Assembly: GCA_964546765.1 (NCBI GenBank)
Contig: CAZJKV010000002.1
Location: 1,664-53,743, forward strand
Direction: 5' to 3'
Origin: an uncultured Chromatiales bacterium
GTDB lineage: Bacteria > Pseudomonadota > Gammaproteobacteria > SZUA-140
Length of the DNA: 52,080 nt
Shown: positions 1 to 7,755 of the stretch, one piece after another
How positions within the stretch are numbered: position 1 is the stretch's first letter
Layout of the letters: every line of letters begins with the position of its first letter
Program-made: the position numbers and the translations under genes
The notes under the pieces: generated by a model
Seen by the model: only the letters and a program-made list of their open reading frames with translations
Database searches by the model: none
What the model was told of the DNA's origin: nothing

Positions 1-236
1 AAGAACACGGCATCATTGCCAGCATGAATCGCCCGGGAAAGACAACGGACAATGCCTTCGTCGAGTCATTCTTCAATACCCTGAAGGCAGAGTATTACCG
101 TGGTCGCATATTTACGTCGATGCAGGAGCTGCGGCACGGATTAGCCGGTTATATCAATCACTTTTACAATCGCCAGCGAATGCACTCCGGGATTGGCTAC
201 CATTCTCCTGAGGAATATGAGCAAATCGCTGCGTGA
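1..236 (+). CDS. IS3-family transposase (OrfB/integrase core), C-terminal fragment; 5' end lies outside the window
   Basis: The frame is open from position 3 (EHGIIASMNRPGKTTDNAFVESFFNTLKAEYY...QRMHSGIGYHSPEEYE). This is the conserved end of the rve domain of IS3 transposases. A possible IS terminus ...GGTGTCCACTCA lies at 244-255, but I did not verify it against a left end. Confidence 0.8.
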   Translation, partial: EHGIIASMNRPGKTTDNAFVESFFNTLKAEYYRGRIFTSMQELRHGLAGYINHFYNRQRMHSGIGYHSPEEYEQIAA

Positions 237-325
237 AATGGCTGGTGTCCACTCATGGGTGGGATGATCACGCCAAACAGCGGTGCGGCTTATGGGCAGC
301 GTTATGAACGTGGCAGATCACAGCT

Positions 326-1381
326 ATGAGTGAAAGATTACGAAACCTGGGCCTTATTCCGTTTTTTATCCAGCAACTAACGGACACTTGCGTATTTGAG
401 GAACGTCTCGGACGCGTTACGTCGGTTCAGCGCTCCAGAAGTACAGTTGTCTGCGAATCGGGTGAGAGAGTTGTAGAGCTATCACCTACCTTGCGACAAT
501 CAGCCGCGATTGATAGACCAGTTGTGGGAGATTGGATTGTTCTGGATGAGTCACTTTCCAGGATCGAACGAGTCCTGGAGCGGAAGAGTCTTTTTAAGCG
601 ATTGGGAGCGGGTAGGAACAATGAAATACAGCCAATAGCCGCAAATATAGATATCCTCTTTATAGTCACATCCTGTAATGAAGAGTTTAAAGAGTCGCGA
701 TTGGAACGTTATCTCGCATTGTGCGCCGAAGCCGGAGCAACTCCAGTGATCGTTCTTACAAAAGCCGACCTCGTTGCCGATCCGAGTGTTTTCGTCCATC
801 GTGCCCGCAGCGTCCAGGCTGGGGTTTCGATCGAAACTGCAAATGCTCTTGACCCCGCGACTCTCGATGGGGTCCGCGCTTGGATTGATAGCACTTCTAC
901 GGTCGCTCTAGTGGGCTCCTCTGGCGTTGGCAAGTCCACACTCCTCAATACATTGGCAGGGCACTCATTAGCTGCTACTAGTGAAATTCGTGAGCAGGAT
1001 AAGAAGGGGCGGCACACGACGACGCATCGCGAATTACACATCCTACCCTCCGGCGGACTACTGATCGACGTTCCGGGGATGCGGGAGCTGAGGGTGGCCG
1101 AGCTAAATCAGTCAATTGGAGCTGTTTTTGAGGACATTCTATTATTGGCAACGCAGTGCCGGTTTGCTGATTGTAGACACGAAACTGAACCCGGATGCGC
1201 CGTGCTTCGAGCGATACAAGAAAATGAGATTGATGCTCGTAGATTGGCCAGTTATAGAAAGCTGATGCGCGAGAATGCACTGGCTACAGCTACTTTGGCT
1301 GAAAAACGCTCTCAAGAGCGAGAATTCGCGAAAATGGTCAAAGAGGGCAAACGTATAAAGCAGAAGAAGTGTGAAACGTGA
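326..1381 (+). CDS. rsgA: Ribosome small-subunit-dependent GTPase A (RsgA/YjeQ-like)
   Basis: Circularly permuted GTPase motif order: LTKADL (G4), GSSGVGKSTLLN (G1), DVPGMRE (G3). C-terminal zinc knuckle CRFADCRHETEPGC. The gene has lower GC than the bulk of the window. Confidence 0.85.
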   Translation: MSERLRNLGLIPFFIQQLTDTCVFEERLGRVTSVQRSRSTVVCESGERVVELSPTLRQSAAIDRPVVGDWIVLDESLSRIERVLERKSLFKRLGAGRNNEIQPIAANIDILFIVTSCNEEFKESRLERYLALCAEAGATPVIVLTKADLVADPSVFVHRARSVQAGVSIETANALDPATLDGVRAWIDSTSTVALVGSSGVGKSTLLNTLAGHSLAATSEIREQDKKGRHTTTHRELHILPSGGLLIDVPGMRELRVAELNQSIGAVFEDILLLATQCRFADCRHETEPGCAVLRAIQENEIDARRLASYRKLMRENALATATLAEKRSQEREFAKMVKEGKRIKQKKCET

Positions 1382-1393
1382 GCGTTCATATCA

Positions 1394-1772
1394 GGGTTCT
1401 ACCCCGTTTGCACGGACGGTTGAGTTAAGAGTAAATCCTTCCGGTTGAGCATTTCCATCTGTCGCCGTTTGCGAGGATTATGGAATCGCTCGATATAGTC
1501 AAAGATATCCGCCCTGGCCTCATCCCGCGGCCGGCCCTGGCCATGAAAAGCCCTGGGACCCGCACCGCTCAACTCGCGGCACCACCGGCCCAGCATATTG
1601 GCATTGATGCCCAGTTCTCGGGCCACCTGACTGACCCGGACATCTGATGTCCTCGCCAACTCGACGGCCTCCCGCTTATACTCCAAGGAGTACTTTTACC
1701 GTTTCTGCATGACACACCTCCCGGGCCATTATCGCCCTTTTTGGTTGTGTCCGCGCTAGCGGGGTAGAACCC
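1394..1772 (-). mobile_element. Internally deleted IS3-family remnant (about 380 bp) bounded by imperfect terminal inverted repeats
   Basis: GGGTTCTACCCCG at 1394-1406 is the exact reverse complement of 1760-1772. The match extends inward at 6 of the next 9 positions. The interior encodes only an OrfA N-terminus fused to an OrfB C-terminus. Confidence 0.6.
1399..1710 (-). pseudogene. IS3 transposase pseudogene (OrfA HTH part fused to OrfB tail, with a premature stop)
   Basis: The minus-strand reading is ATG CAG AAA CGG TAA, giving MQKR*, then KYSLEYKREAVELA...VSQVARELGINANMLGRWCRE...FHGQGRPRDE (IS3 OrfA HTH). This is joined directly to DIFDYIERFHNPRKRR (OrfB C-terminal motif). The whole catalytic core is missing. 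Confidence 0.65.
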
Positions 1773-2253
1773 CAATGCACTGGACGGGTAATAGCCGGCT
1801 TCGCCGCCCGTTGCCCGCCGGCGATAGCTCGCAACGACGCGCCGGTAGGCGCTTGCCAAGCCCGGCCTTGGATCTGTCTCGCTCCGTTCGGTCGTTTCTG
1901 AGATACATCAGATAGAGCCTCGGCTCTATGCTGCCTAGCAGCGCAAGCACGTTGCAGCTTCGCCTCCGTTCCGTAGCTGCATGTGCTGAGCGGCGTTCGG
2001 CGTCATGGAAATGGGGGGCAGACCAGTGGTATCCGGCCTACGGCCAAAGTTTCGGTTTGGCGAGGATCCTCGGCGGATGCGACCGTGAAGGCCGTCTGAA
2101 AGCATTAGAGGCGAACTGTGGGACTCTGAGGTCCGAGCAATCAGAAGACGGTGGGGAGGATTGTGATGAGTACCGGACGAATGCAATGATACTAGATCTG
2201 ACCCTGTTTGTTCAGTTTCGTCAACAAACCCTCAAACGGATGGGCAAGCGCTA

Positions 2254-3786
2254 ATGGACGACACATCTGACCGAACTTGCCAGCGGCTGCCAGCGGCTGC
2301 GCCAACAATCGATCACGGAGGAACTCCTCGACATCGTGGGCAGTTCCTGGTTCAAACTTGGGGCCTTGCCTGGTCTCGACCGGCCCGCCTCATCTGCGCC
2401 ACGTTCCTGTGTTGCGCTGTCTTTACGTTCACCTCAGTTGATGCCCAACAGTTAGACGGCAGCCAGGATAAGCCGGTGCCGGCGAAAGCGCCTGACGGCA
2501 AACCCGAGGCACCAGGTAAAGTTGAAATCCAACCCATCGTCAAGGATGACGAGATCAGGCAACGAATTGCGGATATTCTTGAAACGACAGGCTGGTTCGG
2601 CGAGCCCATGGTCGCTGTCCAGGACGGGATCGTTTTCCTGAAAGGAACAACGGAGAACGATGAATACAAGCAATGGGCGGGAGATTTAGCGAAGAGTACG
2701 GAGGGCGTGGTTGCTGCCGTCAACCAAATCGAAGTGGCTCTAACGACGGTTTGGGATTTTGATCCAACCTTTCAGATTCTGAATGATCTGTCACGCCGAC
2801 TCGTGCGATCACTTCCCCTTATCGTGGTGGTGGTGGTCGTAATCGCTATTTCTTGGTTCGCCGCCAAGTTAACGTCGTACGTACTGCGTCGCCGGCTTCT
2901 GGATCGATCCCTCAGCCAGCTTTTGCGCGAAGTAGTGGCCCGGGCTGGCGGAATACTTGTAATGCTTGCCGGCTTATACCTTGTACTCCGTATCGCCGGG
3001 CTCACGCAACTCGCGCTTACGGTGGTGGGCGGCACAGGCCTGATTGGTTTGGTGCTTGGCATCGCATTCCGCGAAATCACCGAAAACTTTCTCGCCAGTC
3101 TCTTTCTGAGTTTGCAGCAACCGTTTCGTGAGGGCGATCTGATAGAAGTAGCAAACGTTACGGGTTACGTTCAGCGGCTGACCTCTCGCACGACTGTTCT
3201 GATGACACTCGACGGCAATCAAGTGCAAGTTCCCAATTCGACCGTCTTCAAAAGCACGATCCGCAACTTCACCAGCAATCCCAATCGCCGCGAAGATTTC
3301 ATCGTGGGTATCGGTTACAACGATTCCATCACTTTTGCCCAGGAAGTCGCCTTGAAGGTTCTCGCTGAACATCCGGCCGTTTTGAATGATCCTGAACCCT
3401 TGGTGCTCGTCGAAAACCTTGGATCGTCCACGGTGAACCTACGGCTTTATTTCTGGCTCGATGGCAGTCGACACAGCTGGGTGAAAGTGAAATCGTCCGT
3501 CATTCGGCTTGTCAAACGGGCCTTCCAGGATTCGGGAATCTCGCTGCCGGACGAGGCCCGCGAAGTCACCTTCACTCAAGGTGTGCCTGTACGCGTGATT
3601 GATGGCGAAGGGGCTGCGGAACCAGCCGAGCCAGCTTTGGCGAAGCCGACTGCCGAGCCCGAAACAGTCGCGACCAAGTCGGAAGCCAGCCTGCAAAGCG
3701 AAGCAGAGGAAATCAAGGAGCAGGCGCGCAGATCCTGGACCCCTGGGGAGAATCTCTTAACTTCATCGTCCGCGGATACCAGTTGA
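2254..3786 (+). CDS. Mechanosensitive ion channel (MscS family) with N-terminal periplasmic BON domain
   Basis: BON-like segment VAVQDGIVFLKGTTENDEYKQWAGDLAKSTEGVVAAVNQIEV, followed by TM helices. MscS beta-domain GDLIEVANVTGYVQRLTSRTTVLMTLDGNQVQVPNSTVF. The start codon is uncertain; the signal-like LICATFLCCAVFTFTSVDA lies about 45 aa in. Confidence 0.8.
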   Translation: MDDTSDRTCQRLPAAAPTIDHGGTPRHRGQFLVQTWGLAWSRPARLICATFLCCAVFTFTSVDAQQLDGSQDKPVPAKAPDGKPEAPGKVEIQPIVKDDEIRQRIADILETTGWFGEPMVAVQDGIVFLKGTTENDEYKQWAGDLAKSTEGVVAAVNQIEVALTTVWDFDPTFQILNDLSRRLVRSLPLIVVVVVVIAISWFAAKLTSYVLRRRLLDRSLSQLLREVVARAGGILVMLAGLYLVLRIAGLTQLALTVVGGTGLIGLVLGIAFREITENFLASLFLSLQQPFREGDLIEVANVTGYVQRLTSRTTVLMTLDGNQVQVPNSTVFKSTIRNFTSNPNRREDFIVGIGYNDSITFAQEVALKVLAEHPAVLNDPEPLVLVENLGSSTVNLRLYFWLDGSRHSWVKVKSSVIRLVKRAFQDSGISLPDEAREVTFTQGVPVRVIDGEGAAEPAEPALAKPTAEPETVATKSEASLQSEAEEIKEQARRSWTPGENLLTSSSADTS

Positions 3787-3883
3787 AGGCGCGTGGGTGT
3801 CAATAAAAGAGGGCGTGGAATCCGGATGTGAATCGATGAAGTCTGCATTCGCCACTGATCATGGTCATTAGAAGGAAAATATT

Positions 3884-4159
3884 ATGAAGCATCTTCCGAA
3901 AAATGTAGCTCCCTATAAAAGAACGCCTGAGTTCACTGAAGATTCAATACCGAAAGGATTGCTTCATGAGCACAGCACCAAGGAATTGGTCTGGGGTAAG
4001 ATTGTGGTCCTCGAAGGAAAATTGCAGTACACGATTAACGAACCTGAACGAGAAGTTATAATCCTCGATGAGCATAATTACGGCGTTGTTGAGCCCAATG
4101 TACGCCATGAGGTAAAGCCATTGGGTAAGGTCCTTTTTTATGTTGAGTTCCACAGGTAA
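3884..4159 (+). CDS. DUF1971 (YeaR / TehB N-terminal domain-like) protein
   Basis: 91 aa. The small beta-rich pattern WGKIVVLEGKLQY...GVVEPNVRHEVKP...FYVEF resembles the YeaR/TehB-N family as I remember it. GGAAAATATT lies upstream of the ATG. Confidence 0.65.
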   Translation: MKHLPKNVAPYKRTPEFTEDSIPKGLLHEHSTKELVWGKIVVLEGKLQYTINEPEREVIILDEHNYGVVEPNVRHEVKPLGKVLFYVEFHR

Positions 4160-4262
4160 TGCGTCTTCTAACCAGACGTTTAACCAGACCCTAAAAGATA
4201 AGGTCTTCTTGCACAATTAGCTGAGCTCATTTTGTCACACAGATTAAGGGGGTGCAGTAGCT

Positions 4263-4631
4263 ATGGATCTAAAATTTCAGCCCGGTAGAAACATTGCCGT
4301 GAAGATACCCACTCACGAGCATCAAGAAACGATGCATTTTTACAGGGATGTGCTTCGCCTGAATGAGATACCGCCTACTGGGCCTGACAACACCCCTCGA
4401 TTTGAGTTTGGCGATATGGTTCTTTGGCTTGATTGCGTGCCTGGCCTAAGCCAAGCCGAGATTTGGCTGGAAATAGTTACCAATGATATCGGCCAAGCAT
4501 CTGACTACTTCAAGGAGCAAGGATGCTATCGTCGTGATGAGATTGAGCCACTGCCTAGTGGCTTTAAAGCGTTCTGGATTTCAAGCCCCTCCAACATAAT
4601 TCATTTGGTTTCTTCAAGTAATGACACGTAA
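4263..4631 (+). CDS. VOC/glyoxalase-fold family protein (tentative)
   Basis: 122 aa. The size and the pattern IAVKIPTHEHQETMHFYRDVLRL...FWISSPSNIIHLV fit a single VOC module. AAGGGGG RBS lies upstream. Assignment is by resemblance only. Confidence 0.5.
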   Translation: MDLKFQPGRNIAVKIPTHEHQETMHFYRDVLRLNEIPPTGPDNTPRFEFGDMVLWLDCVPGLSQAEIWLEIVTNDIGQASDYFKEQGCYRRDEIEPLPSGFKAFWISSPSNIIHLVSSSNDT

Positions 4632-4720
4632 CCAGGCCATTAAATTCGCTCCCTTCGGTCCCCGGACGCTGGATCCTCGCGCCGTTTATGGCTAGCTTTA
4701 GACGCACGGAATGTACATTT

Positions 4721-5494
4721 ATGACTACCGTTGAAGAACACTACAAAAATCATCTTGCTCCTGTCTACCTATGGATGGCAGGCGGCTTCGATGCCGCAGT
4801 ATCTCGCGGCGAGGGCGAGATCAACGCCATTTGCCAGAATCCGTCGATTGGACACTCTGCTGTTGACCTCGGTGCGGGCTTCGGTATGCACTCCATACCA
4901 CTGGCCCGTCGTGGCTATTCAGTTGTCGCAATCGATAGATCATCGAAACTTCTTGATGCATTACGAGATCATGTCGAGACGTTACCAATTCAAGTGGTAG
5001 AGGATGATCTGCTGTCCTTTCAGAAGCACTTGAACACGATGGCGCACCTCATTCTGTGCATGGGTGACACACTGACTCATTTATCAGAGTTGCAGTCCGT
5101 CGAGAAACTATTTTCTCTTGTCGCTGAGTCGTTGCACCCGGACGGTACATTTATTACTACCTTCCGTGACTACACATTCCCTCTCGTTGGGGATGGACGT
5201 TTTATCCCCGTAAAATGTGACAACGATCGCCTGCTGACTTGCTTTCTTGAGTACTCTCCCGACTACGTTACCGTTCACGATGTGCTTCATGAGCGAAATG
5301 CTTCTACTTGGCAACTACGAGTCAGCTCTTATCGAAAACTCAGGCTTTCGCCGGAGTGGGTATCCACGATACTTCAAGCCAGAGGGTTTACGGTTCGCAT
5401 CGAGCCCGGGCTTTCAGGCATGGTTCGTATTGTCGCTAACAAGCGACTGGCCTCACATTTGAGAGGGACTGGCTACATTATCCCCTCAATTTAG
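4721..5494 (+). CDS. Class I SAM-dependent methyltransferase (TehB-like motif I)
   Basis: Motif I AVDLGAGFGMHSIPLARRGYSVVAIDRS resembles TehB-type LDLGCGNGRNS...G..V.A.D. The ORF is open from 4688. I prefer the ATG at 4721 (MTTVEEHY), without strong evidence. Confidence 0.75.
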   Translation: MTTVEEHYKNHLAPVYLWMAGGFDAAVSRGEGEINAICQNPSIGHSAVDLGAGFGMHSIPLARRGYSVVAIDRSSKLLDALRDHVETLPIQVVEDDLLSFQKHLNTMAHLILCMGDTLTHLSELQSVEKLFSLVAESLHPDGTFITTFRDYTFPLVGDGRFIPVKCDNDRLLTCFLEYSPDYVTVHDVLHERNASTWQLRVSSYRKLRLSPEWVSTILQARGFTVRIEPGLSGMVRIVANKRLASHLRGTGYIIPSI

Positions 5495-5530
5495 CGTTAT
5501 CCTGATCATGCGGCACGAGGAAGCGGATTT

Positions 5531-6073
5531 ATGATCCGGTTGACCGATTCCTGGCAGGAACACAAGTCACGCCTGCGCGCCTACATCGCCAGGCGCGTCG
5601 GTGATCATGATGCGGTCGAGGACATCCTCCAGGACGTGTACCTCAAGGCCCACACGAGCCTGCATACGGTCAGGTCGCGTGGCAGCATGCCGGCCTGGCT
5701 GTACCGCATCGCAGCGAATGCGATCGCCGATCACTACCGTTCCCTGAAGCCGTCGCAAGCGCTACCCGGCGAACTCGCGACGCCCGAGCCGCAACGGGAC
5801 CATGTCGCGGAATTGGCGACCTGCCTGCAACCGATGATCTCGGAACTGCCGGAGGCCTACCGTTCAGCACTGGTCATGTCGGAGATCGAGGGCCTGCCCC
5901 AGAAAGAGGTGGCAAGTCGCCTGGGCATCACCCTGTCCGGCGCAAAATCCCGGGTGCAACGCGGCAGGGACATGCTACGCCGGCGGCTGCTCGACTGTTG
6001 TGATGTCGAAACCGGACGGGCCGGCATCGTAGGCTACACACCTCGCGACAGGGACTGCGGCGGCTGCGGCTGA
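5531..6073 (+). CDS. ECF-type RNA polymerase sigma factor, SigZ/CorE-like, with Cys-rich C-terminal tail
   Basis: Region 2 DILQDVYLKAH...WLYRIAANAIADHYRS. Region 4 LPEAYRSALVMSEIEGLPQKEVASRLGITLSGAKSRVQRGR. Tail LLDCCDVETGRAGIVGYTPRDRDCGGCG. No anti-sigma gene is adjacent. Confidence 0.85.
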   Translation: MIRLTDSWQEHKSRLRAYIARRVGDHDAVEDILQDVYLKAHTSLHTVRSRGSMPAWLYRIAANAIADHYRSLKPSQALPGELATPEPQRDHVAELATCLQPMISELPEAYRSALVMSEIEGLPQKEVASRLGITLSGAKSRVQRGRDMLRRRLLDCCDVETGRAGIVGYTPRDRDCGGCG

Positions 6074-6159
6074 CGCGCTGTCTTGCGTCTTTTTCGGCGG
6101 TCCTCCGTCTATATGGTCGGGACGCAACGGCGTCTTGCCTAGAACGACAGGAGAATGTC

Positions 6160-6960
6160 ATGGACACACTGAACAACGACGAAATCCGGCAGGCCGTGCG
6201 GCAACAATACGGCCGTGTGGCTGGCAGGGCGGCATCGGCCGCCGGCTGCGGGACGTCATGCTGCAGCGCCACTGCAGAGGATGCCGGGACCTCGTCCCGA
6301 AGACTGGGTTATACCGCAGAAGACATGAGTGCCGTGCCGCAGGGCGCCGACATGGGACTGGGCTGCGGCAATCCGCAGGCCATCGCCGCGTTGAAACCCG
6401 GCGAAACCGTCCTGGACCTGGGCAGCGGCGGCGGCTTCGACTGTTTCCTCGCTGTGCGGCAGATCGGCGATGCGGGTCGGGTCATCGGCGTCGACATGAC
6501 CCCCGAGATGATTTCCAGGGCGCGCGCGAATGCGGTGAAGGGCGGTGTCCGGAATGTCGAGTTCCGCCTCGGCGAGATAGAGCACCTGCCGGTGGCGGAT
6601 GGCGTCGTGGATGCCATCATCTCGAACTGCGTCATCAACCTCTCGCCGGACAAGCCCCGCGTATTCGATGAGGCGTATCGAGTCCTGAAACCGGGCGGCC
6701 GGCTGGCGATCTCGGATGTCGTCGCGTTCGCCGAACTGCCGCAGGCGGTCCGGGAGGACATCACGCTTTTTACCGGCTGCATGGCCGGTGCTACCATGGT
6801 TGCGGAGCTCGAGGCGATGCTGCAGGCAAGCGGATTCACGGAGATTCAGGTGACGCCGAAGGACGAGAGCAGAGCCTTCATCGAGGACTGGGCGCCGGGG
6901 ATGGATATCGCAGAGTACGTGGTGTCGGCAACCATTCAGGCCGTCAAGCCCGCAACCTGA
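6160..6960 (+). CDS. arsM: Arsenite S-adenosylmethionine methyltransferase (ArsM-like)
   Basis: SAM motif VLDLGSGGGFD. Cysteines sit in the ArsM-typical contexts GCGTSCC (N-terminal), GLGCGNP, SNCVINL and TGCMAGA. Confidence 0.8.
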   Translation: MDTLNNDEIRQAVRQQYGRVAGRAASAAGCGTSCCSATAEDAGTSSRRLGYTAEDMSAVPQGADMGLGCGNPQAIAALKPGETVLDLGSGGGFDCFLAVRQIGDAGRVIGVDMTPEMISRARANAVKGGVRNVEFRLGEIEHLPVADGVVDAIISNCVINLSPDKPRVFDEAYRVLKPGGRLAISDVVAFAELPQAVREDITLFTGCMAGATMVAELEAMLQASGFTEIQVTPKDESRAFIEDWAPGMDIAEYVVSATIQAVKPAT

Positions 6961-7057
6961 CCTAGGCGCCAATACCGTGCCGGGTGCATTGCGCGTGACT
7001 ACGAATTGGTGACTTCATAATAACCATGGTGATTTAAGGTTATTATTCGAAAAAAGT

Positions 7058-7079
7058 ATAATATATACACATATATTAT
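7058..7079. promoter_or_regulatory. Perfect 9-4-9 palindrome ATAATATAT-ACAC-ATATATTAT overlapping a TATAAT hexamer; candidate MarR operator
   Basis: Read directly from the sequence. TATAAT lies at 7057-7062, with TTTAAG at 7033-7038 (18-nt spacer). The site sits in the only strongly AT-rich spacer, directly upstream of the MarR gene. Confidence 0.35.
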
Positions 7080-7148
7080 TCATGTTGAACTATATCGATC
7101 CAATATTGATCATTATAGATGAGGACTAGTCACCAGTGAGGGATCGCC

Positions 7149-7685
7149 GTGCATCAGCCGAAAGTGGAAGCAGTACCAGACCCGAGCGGTACAGAGAGAC
7201 GGGAGGTCAATTTGGGTCCGAGAGGAGAGCATGTACGCACCATAGTTCAGGCATTGCGCGTGATCTACGGTTCGATCCAGGCGCATTCGCACTGGATCGA
7301 GCAGCAGTGCGGCGTAAGCGCCGTGCAGTTGTGGGCCCTGCGGGAACTCAGCGGCGCGCCCGGCCTCAAGGTCACAGAGCTCGCCTTGGTTCTCTCGGTT
7401 CATCCGTCGAATTGCTCCAGCATGGTCGACAAATTGCGCAAGAAGGGCTTCGTGCGCAAGCAGCGTATCGGCCCGGACCAGCGCGTTGTCCGGCTCTATA
7501 TCACGCCGAAGGGACAGGAATTGCTCGATACCGCGCCGGTTCCGATGCAGGGAGCGCTGGTCGATGCGCTCGCTGGCTTGCCCGAAGACGTGCTGTCGAG
7601 TCTCGATACCCATCTCACGAGCGTCATCAAGAGCATGAAGGTCAAGGACCCGTTGGCCGCAATGCGGCCGATGACCGGTCACTGA
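7149..7685 (+). CDS. MarR-family transcriptional regulator
   Basis: Winged-helix segment LWALRELSGAPGLKVTELALVLSVHPSNCSSMVDKLRKKGFVRKQRIGPDQRVVRLYITPKG. An alternative TTG start at 7212 lies 5 nt after GGGAGG (7201-7206). Confidence 0.85.
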   Translation: MHQPKVEAVPDPSGTERREVNLGPRGEHVRTIVQALRVIYGSIQAHSHWIEQQCGVSAVQLWALRELSGAPGLKVTELALVLSVHPSNCSSMVDKLRKKGFVRKQRIGPDQRVVRLYITPKGQELLDTAPVPMQGALVDALAGLPEDVLSSLDTHLTSVIKSMKVKDPLAAMRPMTGH

Positions 7686-7755
7686 TCTTTCCTCCCGCCG
7701 CGGCGCCACAGCGCCGGACCCGACGGCGTCGTGCCCTGACGCAGTCCACCCTGGC

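Noticed and set aside
2040-2190. Possible group II intron domain fragment (gtgaag...ctgaaag...ctgagg style purine-rich motifs)
   Set aside because: There is no GUGYG 5' end, no domain V-like hairpin, and no reverse transcriptase/maturase ORF. The resemblance is impressionistic only, so I kept it merely as part of the unassigned-region finding.
6135-6972. Alternative ORFs overlapping arsM (6135-6671 on the plus strand; 6256-6972 and 6309-6839 on the minus strand)
   Set aside because: They are Arg-rich shadow frames. Only the 6160-6960 frame carries the SAM motif and the ArsM cysteine contexts.
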